Positions 21,238 to 31,066 of a stretch of DNA of 64,000 nt are shown here, in pieces. The stretch spans positions 160,001-224,000 of the forward strand of contig JBOEGF010000018.1 of assembly GCA_050633305.1 (NCBI GenBank), in the 5' to 3' direction. This DNA is from Nannocystales bacterium. Lineage in GTDB: Bacteria > Myxococcota_A > Polyangia > Nannocystales > Nannocystaceae. The translations under genes were made by a program, and so were the position numbers. Below the pieces are notes generated by a model that did not search any database, had not been told where the DNA came from, and saw nothing but the letters and a program-made list of their open reading frames with translations. Within the stretch, counting starts at the first letter, position 1; every line of letters begins with the position of its first letter.

Positions 21238-23370
21238 ATGAGACGCTGTGGATCTATACTAAGTGCCCTAATTACAATCGGTTGTAGCTCTTCTCCCGCG
21301 GTCAATGCGGACGAGTCCACGACCGGGTCGGCCTCTTCGACGGGCGAAAGCGCGCTCGATGACTCGTCCTCGGGTGGGCCTGATGGGCCTTCTCTGCTGT
21401 GCGCGAACGGCGAGCCTCTCGTTGGTGGGAACGCTGGCTGGGGTGCGCCACCGTTCGAACCGCCGGTCGAAGGAGAGCCCAGCGACGACGACGACGAGGA
21501 CGGGGATCCCACCGGCGTGGGGTCCGGCTTCATCACCGACCCTGACGGTGGTGGGGTCTCGGTCGAGTGTTCCGTCTGGGATCAAGACTGCGGGGACGGG
21601 GAGAAGTGCGGGCCGTGGGCCAACGACGGTGGACCCCTGCACAACGCAACACGCTGTGTGCCGGTTGCGCCCGACCCCCTGGCTCCGGGCGAACCCTGTG
21701 CCGTGGAAGGCTCGGGCGTCAGCGGCCTGGACGACTGCGACATTGGGGTTGTTTGCTACGACGTGGTCGAGAAGACCTTGGAAGGCACATGTGTCGCGAT
21801 GTGTTCCGGGCCCGAGAGTTCGCCCGTATGTCCGAAAGGGTCATGGTGCAACATTACGAACGACGGCGTCCTCGCGCTGTGCATGCCGGACGAACTCTGC
21901 GTCGACGATGGCGTCTGCCAATGTATGTGCGGCGATGGCATGGACCCGGATTGCAAGAAGGGGCAATGCGACGAGGCTCCGAAGGCCGTGGACCCGCTCG
22001 ACCTCCGTACGGCTCGGTACACCGAGGCCGAGTCCATGTGTCCTGACGACGCGGACCCGGTCGTCTTGTACATGAGCAACGACGACAGCAACTCGCAGGC
22101 CTCCCCGGTCCTCGCGCGTGCGGCGATCCAGAACGGAGGCATCGTCGACCGCTCGCAGCTCCGGATTCACGAGTTTCTGAACTACTACGACCTCAGCTAC
22201 GACAACCCCACCGAGGACGCTGCCACGGTGGGTATTCAAATGCGGCGGACGAATCCCGAGACGGGGGAGTTCACGCTGATGCTCAGCGCGCGAAGCCGCC
22301 AGATGACGGCGGAGCAGCGACCGCCGCTGAACCTGGTGTTCTCACTGGACACCTCCGGGTCGATGGACGGACTGCCGCTGAGCATGATGAAGGAGACGAT
22401 GCGCGCCACCGCCGGGTCTCTGCGGTCGGGGGACACGATCTCGATGGTCACCTGGTCGACCGACCAACTTGTCTTGCTCGATGGTCACGCGGTCGAAGGT
22501 CCTGATGATCCGCAGCTGCTCGCGCTGATCGATGGGCTGTCGGCGTACGGATCCACCGACCTCCACGCGGGGTTGGTCTCGGCATATCAGCTGGCCAACG
22601 AGAACCACATCGACAACGGCATCAACCGGGTGATGTTGGTGAGTGACGGTGGGGCGAATGCCGGGGTCACCGACCTGGACCTGATCGCGAGCGAGTCCTC
22701 CGACAACGATGGCGAAGGGACGTACCTGCTGGGCGTTGGAGTCGGTGACGGCACTGGCTACTCCGACAGTTTGATGGACACGGTGACCGATGCGGGCAAG
22801 GGTGCCTACATCTTCATCGATAGCGCTGCAGAGGCCGAACGCATGCTGGGCGGTCGATTCCTGTCCAACACGATGGTCGTCGCTCGAAACGTTCGAACCC
22901 GGCTCACGCTGCCTTGGTACTTCGGGCTCAAGCGCTTCCATGGGGAAGAGGTCAGCGGCGACCCCACCGAGGTCGAGCCACAACACCTCGGTCCCAACGA
23001 TACGATGACGTTCCACCAGATCATCTCGGCGTGCGACCCGAGCTTGATCTCCGACTGCGACAGCATCGAGGCATCGATCGAGTACACGGATCCCCTGACC
23101 GGGGTGGTCCATACCAACGAGCGCACGGTCGCGATCGAGGACGTGGTCTTGGAGGGCGCCAACGTGCTGCGCAAGGCCGACGTGGTGGTCGGCTATGCGA
23201 AGGCGCTGATGGTCATTGGAATCATGGTGGACAACGGGAACCTCGATGGCGCCGCGACGGTTGCCCAGAACATGGCCACTTGGGCCGAGGTTGCCGCGGA
23301 AGAACTCGATGACCCCGAGGTTGACGAGATCGCGTCACTGCTCGCGATGTACGTGGAGACGCTGAGCTGA
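21238..23370 (+). CDS. vWA-domain lipoprotein with Cys-rich N-terminal module
   Basis: Lipobox TIGC, Cys-rich module, RIHEFLNYY, LNLVFSLDTSGSM (MIDAS), GSTDLHAGL, NRVMLVSDG. Confidence 0.88.
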   Translation: MRRCGSILSALITIGCSSSPAVNADESTTGSASSTGESALDDSSSGGPDGPSLLCANGEPLVGGNAGWGAPPFEPPVEGEPSDDDDEDGDPTGVGSGFITDPDGGGVSVECSVWDQDCGDGEKCGPWANDGGPLHNATRCVPVAPDPLAPGEPCAVEGSGVSGLDDCDIGVVCYDVVEKTLEGTCVAMCSGPESSPVCPKGSWCNITNDGVLALCMPDELCVDDGVCQCMCGDGMDPDCKKGQCDEAPKAVDPLDLRTARYTEAESMCPDDADPVVLYMSNDDSNSQASPVLARAAIQNGGIVDRSQLRIHEFLNYYDLSYDNPTEDAATVGIQMRRTNPETGEFTLMLSARSRQMTAEQRPPLNLVFSLDTSGSMDGLPLSMMKETMRATAGSLRSGDTISMVTWSTDQLVLLDGHAVEGPDDPQLLALIDGLSAYGSTDLHAGLVSAYQLANENHIDNGINRVMLVSDGGANAGVTDLDLIASESSDNDGEGTYLLGVGVGDGTGYSDSLMDTVTDAGKGAYIFIDSAAEAERMLGGRFLSNTMVVARNVRTRLTLPWYFGLKRFHGEEVSGDPTEVEPQHLGPNDTMTFHQIISACDPSLISDCDSIEASIEYTDPLTGVVHTNERTVAIEDVVLEGANVLRKADVVVGYAKALMVIGIMVDNGNLDGAATVAQNMATWAEVAAEELDDPEVDEIASLLAMYVETLS

Positions 23371-23382
23371 GCGGGCCTGCGT

Positions 23383-24228
23383 CTAGCAGCTCTCTGAGTC
23401 CGAGGAGTATCGCAGGAGCGCAGGAGGAATGGGGCCAGGAAGGCCCCCGTCGAACGAGGCGGTGAGGTTGATGGAGGCCTTACCGCGCTTGTCGTGGTGC
23501 TCGACCACGATGCGATGGGTTCCCGCAGGAAGCTGACGGGTCACCGTGCGAGCCTTGCCCGAGACGTTCCAGGCGTTGAGTGCTTTCTTGCCGTCCACGA
23601 ACAGTCGTGCGCCGTCGTTGGCGACGAGGATGAAGTCGACCTTGGTCGGCGCGTCGAGCTCGAGGCACGTGGAGAGCCGGGTCGCGAACTTGTCCTTTGG
23701 CATCGTTTCGTGCGGCGGACCCTTCCACTTGAAGTCCGCGTCGGCGGCCCGGAACGCGACGGAGGGCCCGCGGAACTCCTTGATCGCGAAGATCTCGACG
23801 CGCCACGGTCCGACCGTGGACTCCTGCGTCGTACTGACGGAACCGGAGTACATCCGTAGCGTGAGGATGCCGAGCAAGGCGACGGCCATCAGGGCCCAGG
23901 CCGCGTAGAGCGTGCGTCGGCTCGGCGCCGCCGTTGTCCGCCGCAGGACGCGGACCTGCTCGAGCAGCTCTTCGCGCGAAAGGGTGCTGCTGTCGTTGTC
24001 ATGACGCTGCCAGCTGTCGGCGAACCGGTCTCGCTGCGGTTTGGGGAGTCCTTCGTGCTCGCGAAGTGCCACCGGCAGGTCTGCCGAGTCTTCCAGCTTG
24101 ATCCCCCATGCTTGACGGACGCAGGGGACGGCGAATCGAGGCGCGGCGACGGGGTCGTGGAGGAGGGCCTCCGCCGCGGCGAGAACGTCCTCGAGGGACT
24201 CCTTCGAGAGTTCGTCAGGAGAGGTCAT
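23383..24228 (-). CDS. Membrane-anchored PA14-domain protein
   Basis: TM helix then DFKW.GPP...DKFATR...FILVANDGARLFVDG...LPAGTHRIVVEH. Confidence 0.8.
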   Translation of the reverse strand: MTSPDELSKESLEDVLAAAEALLHDPVAAPRFAVPCVRQAWGIKLEDSADLPVALREHEGLPKPQRDRFADSWQRHDNDSSTLSREELLEQVRVLRRTTAAPSRRTLYAAWALMAVALLGILTLRMYSGSVSTTQESTVGPWRVEIFAIKEFRGPSVAFRAADADFKWKGPPHETMPKDKFATRLSTCLELDAPTKVDFILVANDGARLFVDGKKALNAWNVSGKARTVTRQLPAGTHRIVVEHHDKRGKASINLTASFDGGLPGPIPPALLRYSSDSESC

Positions 24229-25865
24229 TGCTTTGCCTTCTCGGGCTTCTTTCGCAGATCCCGAATGATCACGATCGGCACGCCATCGCGAACGAGCGCG
24301 GTGAAGATGGGGCGCGACGAGTATTTGTTCCGGCAGTCGGAGCGGGTGCTGCCGATGTGGAAGTCTGGCTTCTCGTCGTCCTTGACGAAGTGCGCTGGCA
24401 GCTCACCGCCGCCACCGCATCCCGAGTACCGGACCTTCTTGGACAGGTAGGTCTCCGGTTCACGCTCCCAGAGCTCGGCGAGAAATTGCCGAACCGCCGG
24501 TCGGTAGCCGCCGCCGTAATAGTCGAGCTCGAAGTTGCCTTCTGCCCCCTGCACGCCGCCCGCGAGTTGGTTGTAGTAGACGTACTGGATCGGATGCAGC
24601 CGGACGATGGTGGCCAGGCTGAAACTCCACGCGATACCGATCGCCGTAGCCAAGACGAGGGCTGCGGGTCGTGAGCGCGCGAGGACGAGTCTGGCGGCGG
24701 CAACGAAACCACCGGCGGCGAATACGGCGAGCGGCGGCATCAAGAACAGGAAGTGGCGAATCCCGCCGTACAGGGTCGACCCCTTGAGAATCGCGTAGGC
24801 CGGCGGGATGAGCACTGCCAAGACCAACAGAGCCCAGCTCGCAGTGCGCCGTAGGTCCCGCTCGCGTAGGAGGAGACGTGGCGCAACGAGAAGGCTCAAC
24901 GCAAGGCCAACAAGCACGAGCTCGGGCAGCTTGAACGCCAGCATCCTCGGGATGTAGTCCCAAGGGATTTCGAAGCCGTACATCTCGACGCCTTCGAACG
25001 GAAACTTGCGCGGCGCGAGGGCGAACTTCGACATGTAGCTGAGCGCGAACACGGGCCGACGAAGCGGCGCCAGCTGAGCCCACGGCCACGCGGCGATCAT
25101 CGCAACCCAAGCCAGGCCGAAGGCCCCCGTGGCGCGACCGCCGAGCTGGAGCAGGCTGCGGGTGTCTCCGAACCGTCGGACCCGGTGTCCGTAGTGGAAG
25201 ACGAACGCGACCGCCAAGCCTAGATAACAAAAGCACAGCAGGCCCGCGACGCGCACGGATGCGGACAACCCCACAAACAGTCCTGCCGAGATCCAATGTC
25301 GACGGGTGAGGTTGGGTGCGGCTCGGACCAACGTGACGATGCCGTACAGCGCCCACACGTAACCGACCGCAAACGGGGCATCCTTGGGGTTGTTGACCGC
25401 GTGGCCCACGAACGCGGGGGTGACCGAGATGAGGAGCAGCGCAACGCATCCGACGGCGGGACCGCCGAGTCTCCTGCCCAGCCGCCACGTCCCCAACAGC
25501 CCCATCCATCCCACGGCAGCGCCAAGGAGGTGCTGCGCGTCGTTTGTGCTGAGGGGAAGCAGGACCCGGACGATGGCGCCCGCGAAGTCGAACGCACCAC
25601 CGTAGAGGTAGTCGCGCGAGTAGGACAGCGCGCGGTCGTCTTCGAACAAGGTGACGAACCAGGCGAGAATCATGTCGCCGTAGGTGACGTGTTTGTCCTC
25701 GTCGAAGGTCTCGCCGAAGTCGTCGAAGACGAGCACGGCCACCACTGCGGCGAAGATCAGCCACAGGACCGAGAGACTGTCCCACCGGCCAAGGTTCCAG
25801 CGAAACCGTGGGAGCCGCCGCAGTATCCAGTTCATGCCGTCATCAATCGGTTCGGGTTGGCGCAC
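24225..25865 (-). CDS. Multi-TM glycosyltransferase (GT-C fold, ArnT/PMT-like)
   Basis: DFGETFDE (catalytic DE), GHAVNNPKDAPFA, PWDYIP, LYGGIRHFLF, QYVYYN...FELDYYG; many TM helices. Confidence 0.85.
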   Translation of the reverse strand: MRQPEPIDDGMNWILRRLPRFRWNLGRWDSLSVLWLIFAAVVAVLVFDDFGETFDEDKHVTYGDMILAWFVTLFEDDRALSYSRDYLYGGAFDFAGAIVRVLLPLSTNDAQHLLGAAVGWMGLLGTWRLGRRLGGPAVGCVALLLISVTPAFVGHAVNNPKDAPFAVGYVWALYGIVTLVRAAPNLTRRHWISAGLFVGLSASVRVAGLLCFCYLGLAVAFVFHYGHRVRRFGDTRSLLQLGGRATGAFGLAWVAMIAAWPWAQLAPLRRPVFALSYMSKFALAPRKFPFEGVEMYGFEIPWDYIPRMLAFKLPELVLVGLALSLLVAPRLLLRERDLRRTASWALLVLAVLIPPAYAILKGSTLYGGIRHFLFLMPPLAVFAAGGFVAAARLVLARSRPAALVLATAIGIAWSFSLATIVRLHPIQYVYYNQLAGGVQGAEGNFELDYYGGGYRPAVRQFLAELWEREPETYLSKKVRYSGCGGGGELPAHFVKDDEKPDFHIGSTRSDCRNKYSSRPIFTALVRDGVPIVIIRDLRKKPEKAKQ

Positions 25866-26212
25866 GACCCGGGGAAGTCAGTTCAAGGGGGAAAACGTGA
25901 ATGTCGGCGGAGCCCGACGTCGCATCATGAATGCGTTGGGAAGGCCGTTTCCTTCAGGAAAAGATCGATGCAACCCAAGTGCCACATCTAACACCATCGC
26001 CCGCGCGGCGGTTGCCGATTCTGCGGCGACATTCTCGCCGCGAGGCATGACGTCGATGTCGTGCGTTTCAACAGCTCGGGCTCGGGCGTACGGGGCACGA
26101 CGCACAGCGACCGCTGAAAAGGTAACGACGACCACGCGGCCAATGTCTTCGCCAAGCGAGGCGCGCTGTTGGCAGCGCGGGTGCCCCAGGTTCGCCGGGG
26201 CCGGCCCGCGCG

Positions 26213-27418
26213 TCAGCCGGGGCACTGGGCCGAGGCGCTGGCAAACCCGAATGCTGCAGCGTTGGTGTCGTTGCCCGCCGGTGCGTTGGCGACGGCCCAG
26301 CTCCGACCGGTATCCGTGCTCCGGTAGAAATCGTCCCCGTTCCACGCGATGCCGATGAGGGTGCCCGAGTCCGTGCTGTGAGCGACCGTGGCGATGTCGT
26401 CGCCCTCGAGCGCGAAGCTCATGAACTCCCACTGGGTGCCGTCGGCGCTGTGCCACCCGCCATCGCGACTGCCTGCGTAGAACCCCTCGTCGGTCGCGAT
26501 CACGTCCGAGCGGACGACGACATCACCCGTGCCTGCGCCGAGGGTGTGATGGGTGAACGACACGCCTCCATCGTCGGTGCGGCAAACGTTCCCTGTATCG
26601 GTGACCAAGACGAACACCCCGTCACGGTCCGCGATCCCCCCACGCCGGCTGAGGTTGCCTCCGTCACACGAGCCGGTCGTGGCCAGAGGTTCGGTCCACG
26701 AGGCTCCGTCGGGGCTCTGGTAGATGAGCCCGCCGTCGGCGACCGCGTAGTAGAGCCCATCGCCGAAGCTGCTGTGCGTGACGACGCGAATGTTCCCGTT
26801 GGTTGGAAGCTGTCCGTCCTGGGACCAGGATTGCCCGAGGTCGTCGCTGGTCCAGCTGTCCGAGCCCACCACCGCGACGAATCGGCCCGCGCCGAAGGCG
26901 ATACCCGAGAGCCCACGCGACTCGATGTAGTCCGGCGGGGGGAAGGTTTCCTGCCAATCGATACCGTCCGCGCTCGCCGAGATCCGCGCCGGGTTGCCCC
27001 AACCCATACCCAACAAGAACGCACCCTCGCCCCACGCGACGTCCCGAGAGCTGTACGGGCCATGGTCGTCGTCGTTGACTTCGACAACCTGCTCCGTGCC
27101 CCAGCTCTGTCCGTCGTCACACGAGACCAGCCGCCGGCCACCCTGGCCAAGGGCGACGAACATCGGGACCCCGTCTGAGGGGGTCTGCGTGGTGGAGTCG
27201 GCGCCGCTGCTCGTGTTGTCGGGGTTGTCGGTGCTCGTCCCTGAGGTTGTGCTGACGCTACTGCGGCCGCTCGACTCACCGGAGCCCGTGGTTCCGCTGG
27301 CCTGAGCACCGCTGCTGGCGGCGTCGGTGTCGGTGTTGGCCGTGCCACCGCCGCCGTCACAGGCTGAAGTCGCAACGAGCCCGACCGCCAGCCACACAAC
27401 CGCCCAAGACTTCATCAC
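26213..27418 (-). CDS. Beta-propeller (BNR/Asp-box repeat) lipoprotein
   Basis: Lipobox TSAC, S/T stalk, repeated SxDGxxW boxes (SCDDGQSW, SADGIDW, SDDLGQSW, SPDGASW, STDTGRSW). Confidence 0.85.
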   Translation of the reverse strand: MMKSWAVVWLAVGLVATSACDGGGGTANTDTDAASSGAQASGTTGSGESSGRSSVSTTSGTSTDNPDNTSSGADSTTQTPSDGVPMFVALGQGGRRLVSCDDGQSWGTEQVVEVNDDDHGPYSSRDVAWGEGAFLLGMGWGNPARISASADGIDWQETFPPPDYIESRGLSGIAFGAGRFVAVVGSDSWTSDDLGQSWSQDGQLPTNGNIRVVTHSSFGDGLYYAVADGGLIYQSPDGASWTEPLATTGSCDGGNLSRRGGIADRDGVFVLVTDTGNVCRTDDGGVSFTHHTLGAGTGDVVVRSDVIATDEGFYAGSRDGGWHSADGTQWEFMSFALEGDDIATVAHSTDSGTLIGIAWNGDDFYRSTDTGRSWAVANAPAGNDTNAAAFGFASASAQCPG

Positions 27419-28149
27419 GTGCCTGTTGTAGCAGGCTCTCGCGGCGCGATGAACTTGTAGCCAGCTCCACGAATTGAGACGAACAGTTTCGGGGCCTGCG
27501 GGTCGAGCTCAAAGTGGCGTCGCAGTCGCATGATGAAGTTGTCGACCATCCGGCGGTTGGGGTAGTCGCGCAGCTTCCACACCTCTTGCTGGAGCTCCTC
27601 CCGGCTCAGGACGCGCTCAGGATTCTCGACGAAGTAGCGCAGCAAGTCGAACTCGAGCTTCGTCAGGTGCAGCGACTCGCCTTCGCGCTCTGCGGTATGT
27701 CGCTCAAAGTCCACGGTGGCGGTTCCCAGGTGCAGGATCGCCGCCGCAGGGCGCGATTCTTCGCGCTTCTCCCACTCGGCCCGTCGCAGCATGGAGCGAG
27801 CCCGGGCGAGAAGTTCCTCGAGTTCGAACGGCTTGGTGAGGTAGTCGTCGGCGCCCGCGTTGAGTCCCTCCACCCGGTCGTCGAGGCTGGCTTTTGCGGT
27901 CAGCATCAGGATGGGGGTGGTGTTGCCCGTGTCTCGAATACTGCGGCACAAGGTCAGCCCGCTGGTGTCGGGCAGCATCACGTCCAGCACCATGATGTCG
28001 TAGTCGGGCTGGAGCAGCAGTGAGCCCGCCTCGCGTCCCGTGTTCGCGACGTCGACCTCGAACCCCTCGAGTTCGAAGTTCAGCTTGAGACCGGCGGCGA
28101 GGTGGTCCTCATCCTCGACGAGAAGCAGACGTGGTTTGGGCGCATTCAT
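27415..28149 (-). CDS. OmpR-family response regulator
   Basis: LLLVEDE, LDVMLP, LMLTAK, GADDYLTKPF, winged helix LTKLEFDLL...RGAGYKF. Confidence 0.95.
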   Translation of the reverse strand: MNAPKPRLLLVEDEDHLAAGLKLNFELEGFEVDVANTGREAGSLLLQPDYDIMVLDVMLPDTSGLTLCRSIRDTGNTTPILMLTAKASLDDRVEGLNAGADDYLTKPFELEELLARARSMLRRAEWEKREESRPAAAILHLGTATVDFERHTAEREGESLHLTKLEFDLLRYFVENPERVLSREELQQEVWKLRDYPNRRMVDNFIMRLRRHFELDPQAPKLFVSIRGAGYKFIAPREPATTGT

Positions 28150-29126
28150 GGCAGGGCCTCCTGCTCGGTGCTGACGGCGGAGGGAACGTCTTTGGAAATG
28201 TACGGCAGGCTGATGGTCATCGTGGTGCCTTTGCCACGGCCGTCGGAGTGCGCCTTGAGCCGCCCGCCGAGGTCCTTGACGAGGGCTTTCACGACGAACA
28301 GGCCCAAGCCGGTGCCGCGACGAGCACGAACATCTTCGTGGTCCACCCGGTAGAACCGGTCGAAGATGCGCCGAAGTTCGCTTTGAGGAATGCCGACGCC
28401 ACGGTCGCGAACGCAGATCTCCACGCGGCCCTGGTCCGTCGCTCGCGCGGTGATCTGAACCCGAACCGGCGGGTTGGAGTACTTGATCGCGTTGTCGAGA
28501 AGGTTCTTGAGGACCGTCTCAACCGCGGTCCCGTCGATGCGAAGCTCGGTCGCATCGTCGACGTCGACCTCGATGGCATTGAGGTCGAGTTTGTGGCGTC
28601 GAGCAACCGTCGCAGCGCAGCTGTGAATCAGTTCGGCCAGCGAGACTTGATTGAGCATCTGCCCGGCGTGGGCGTACTCGAGGCGGGTCGCTTCGAGGAT
28701 GTCGTCGATGAATGCCGCCAGGCGGTCGGTATCCTCGAGCATCATCTCGCGGAGCTGCTCGCGTTGTTCGCTGGCGAGGCCCGCACGCCCGAGCGTCTGC
28801 AGTCCGAGACGAATCGAGGCGAGCGGGGAGCGGAGCTCGTGCGTGACAGAATCGATGAACGTCGTCTGCCGCCGGTTCTCAAGAATCTGCCGCGCGAGGA
28901 AGACCGAGAACAGGATCAGAACGGTCGTGATCGCGACCAACGACACGATGCCGCCGCCGAGCAGCCAGAAGTTCGTGACCCACTGCTGGGTCAGTTCGCC
29001 GTTCTTGAGGATCAGGTAGATCCAGCCGACCAGCATCACGACGGTGAGCGTGGCGCTGACCGATCCCCAGATGATGGGACCGGAGATCGAACGGGGTGGG
29101 CGCGCGGCCATGAACTCCCCGAGCAT
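28146..29126 (-). CDS. Sensor histidine kinase, two TM helices with a very short loop
   Basis: H-box VTHELRSPL, N-box NLLDNAIKY, G boxes DRGVGI, FYRV, GTGLGL. Confidence 0.95.
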   Translation of the reverse strand: MLGEFMAARPPRSISGPIIWGSVSATLTVVMLVGWIYLILKNGELTQQWVTNFWLLGGGIVSLVAITTVLILFSVFLARQILENRRQTTFIDSVTHELRSPLASIRLGLQTLGRAGLASEQREQLREMMLEDTDRLAAFIDDILEATRLEYAHAGQMLNQVSLAELIHSCAATVARRHKLDLNAIEVDVDDATELRIDGTAVETVLKNLLDNAIKYSNPPVRVQITARATDQGRVEICVRDRGVGIPQSELRRIFDRFYRVDHEDVRARRGTGLGLFVVKALVKDLGGRLKAHSDGRGKGTTMTISLPYISKDVPSAVSTEQEALP

Positions 29127-29159
29127 GGACCGATGCGGCGGATCGGGCTAGCGGGGCGG

Positions 29160-29295
29160 TTGTTCACACGATGCGTACAGCGCGCGTGATCATCTGAAAA
29201 TGCAAGAGGTTCCCGATGCTTGAGGCGGTTTCACTTCCAGATATCCACAGATTGTCCACAGCAGCGGCCTTGGGGCCGTCCCTTGGTGTGGACAA
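29160..29295. promoter_or_regulatory. Cluster of DnaA-box-like 9-mers
   Basis: TTGTTCACA 29160-29168, ATATCCACA 29241-29249, TTGTCCACA 29252-29260, and TGTGGACAA 29287-29295 (reverse orientation). Confidence 0.55.
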
Positions 29296-29408
29296 ATGTC
29301 GGTCCCGTGGTGCGGCCCGACTTTTTGGCCCGGAGCCGCGGTTTCATTTGGCCGTGAACGCGACAAACACGGGCGTTTCGGACGGCAAGAGGCTACAGTC
29401 CGCCGGCC

Positions 29409-29714
29409 ATGGCGTTTGTCGTCACCGGAAACTGTAAGGGTTGTCGCTTCACTGACTGCGTAGCGGTCTGTCCCGTGGAGTGTTTTCACGCCGATGGGGA
29501 GATGCTCTACATCGATCCAGACGAGTGCATCGACTGCGGCGCGTGTGTGCCGGAGTGCCCCGTCGAAGCAATCTACGACGAGACGGAGTTGCCCGAGGAT
29601 CAAGAGGAGTGGAAGCAGATCAACGCCGACAAGGCGCCCGGACTGCCCGTGCTCACCGAGACCTCGGACCCGCTGCCGACCGCCGAAGACCGCAAAAAAG
29701 AACTCGGCTTCTAG
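29409..29714 (+). CDS. fdxA: Ferredoxin (FdxA/7Fe type)
   Basis: CKGCRFTDCVAVCPVECF and CIDCGACVPECPVEAI cluster motifs. Confidence 0.92.
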   Translation: MAFVVTGNCKGCRFTDCVAVCPVECFHADGEMLYIDPDECIDCGACVPECPVEAIYDETELPEDQEEWKQINADKAPGLPVLTETSDPLPTAEDRKKELGF

Positions 29715-29758
29715 ACTCGCCCGCTCGTTTTGGCCTCCGGGCCATCCACACCGCACCC

Positions 29759-29807
29759 AAAGCGCCGATCGCAACGCTGTTTCGCACCAGCTTGCACGGC
29801 GCTTTTT
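29759..29807. terminator. Hairpin between convergent genes (possibly bidirectional terminator)
   Basis: AAAGCGCCG...CGGCGCTTT inverted repeat with inner GCAA/GCTG...CAGC/TTGC pairing, ending in a T5 run. Confidence 0.5.
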
Positions 29808-29854
29808 CGTGGGCGCCTTCCGACGCCAGCGCGCCGAGCTTTGGGCACCGCGCG

Positions 29855-31066
29855 CTACCCGAACAGCGCGAGCACGTTGGTGTAGCCGTGCTGGTGCGTG
29901 ATGCCCTGGACGGGACCGAGCTCGCCGTTGCAGAAGAACCCGCCGAGCGGAAGCTCGGGGTAGAGGCCGCGGACGATGTCGCTGTCGACGTTGGGCTTGC
30001 CGTACAGGCCTTGGCCGCGGCCGAGACACGAGAACATCAACGCGCCAGCAGGCGTAGGTTCGCCAGCGTCGCTTCGCGCCTCGAGCAGAGCTTGTAGGTC
30101 ACGCTGCGATGTTTCGGCGTCGCGAAGGTGGAACTGCACCACGGTGTTGGGCCGGACGTTGGCACCGATCGCGAGCGAGCCAGTGTCCCCATCGAGACCT
30201 ACGATGTTGCGGATGAGGAAGTCGCCCTGCTCGTAGACTTCGAGATCGTCGTCCATCACGAGGCCCACGAACAACGACTGGCGCAGCCGCACCTGGTCTT
30301 CGGAGGGAAGACCATCGTACAGCCGCTGAAGGACCGCGGCCGGGCTCTGTCCGTCCAACCCGGTGATCAGGTTCTCCGAGCCGCGGGTCACGAACATCGG
30401 GGCTCCGATCGGGCGGCAGCCTTGAGAGACGATCGTGTCGACCTGAACGTCTCCGTTGAGGACGACACCTGCAGTTCCGGTGGCGTGCACTTCGTCGTCG
30501 CAGAACAGCGCGCCACCGCCAGCCTCTTGCATCCCGCTGGCTACACCGCCCAGGACGGTGCTGCCTTCGAAGGTGCGGTCGAGTCCTTCGAGCACGGCAT
30601 CGACCGGGCTGGTGAAGGGGTCGGGAAGGAGGATGATCGTGGGCTGAGAACCTGCGGATGTTCCGAGGACCTCCTGCCAGAGTCGGCTGGAGGTCGGCTT
30701 GGGAACGCGGTCAGGATCGAGGTGGAACGGGCGGATGTCGACGCCTGGCAAGTGAATGGCACTGACGCTGAGGCCGCTGCCCTCCTCAAGTTCTTGACCG
30801 TCCCCGATGGTTCCACCGGCCGAGCAGCCGACGAGCGAAGCCTTCGGATACTTCGCTCGAAGCATCCGATGCAGGCGCACGTAGTTGGCCTCGTGCGCCG
30901 AGCCGACGAACATGGTGAGGAGCGACGGCGAGGCGCCGGCGAGTCGATCCTCGAGGTCGTCGATGACCTCGTCGAACGCGGTGTCGAAGCGATCGGCACC
31001 GGAAAGCGCTGCGGCAAAGTGCATTTCGCCCGGGAGGGTAACGGCTCGAGCCTCCGACGTCGCCAT
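29855..31066 (-). CDS. FIST N+C domain protein
   Basis: LVGCSAGGTIG, LLPDPF, VLGGVASG, VSQGCRPIG, FLIRNIVG, QFHLRDA, ALMFSCLGRG, GGFFCNGELGPV. TGATG overlap with the upstream gene. Confidence 0.9.
   Translation of the reverse strand: MATSEARAVTLPGEMHFAAALSGADRFDTAFDEVIDDLEDRLAGASPSLLTMFVGSAHEANYVRLHRMLRAKYPKASLVGCSAGGTIGDGQELEEGSGLSVSAIHLPGVDIRPFHLDPDRVPKPTSSRLWQEVLGTSAGSQPTIILLPDPFTSPVDAVLEGLDRTFEGSTVLGGVASGMQEAGGGALFCDDEVHATGTAGVVLNGDVQVDTIVSQGCRPIGAPMFVTRGSENLITGLDGQSPAAVLQRLYDGLPSEDQVRLRQSLFVGLVMDDDLEVYEQGDFLIRNIVGLDGDTGSLAIGANVRPNTVVQFHLRDAETSQRDLQALLEARSDAGEPTPAGALMFSCLGRGQGLYGKPNVDSDIVRGLYPELPLGGFFCNGELGPVQGITHQHGYTNVLALFG

Noticed and set aside
25866..26212. About 350-bp intergenic gap as a riboswitch or ncRNA
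   Set aside because: No recognisable aptamer consensus, terminator or convincing ORF.
29127..29408. Calling this region oriC outright
   Set aside because: Only four boxes, no clear DUE or DnaA-trio, no dnaA/dnaN/gidA nearby, and skew cannot be computed here. Kept only as a DnaA-box cluster.
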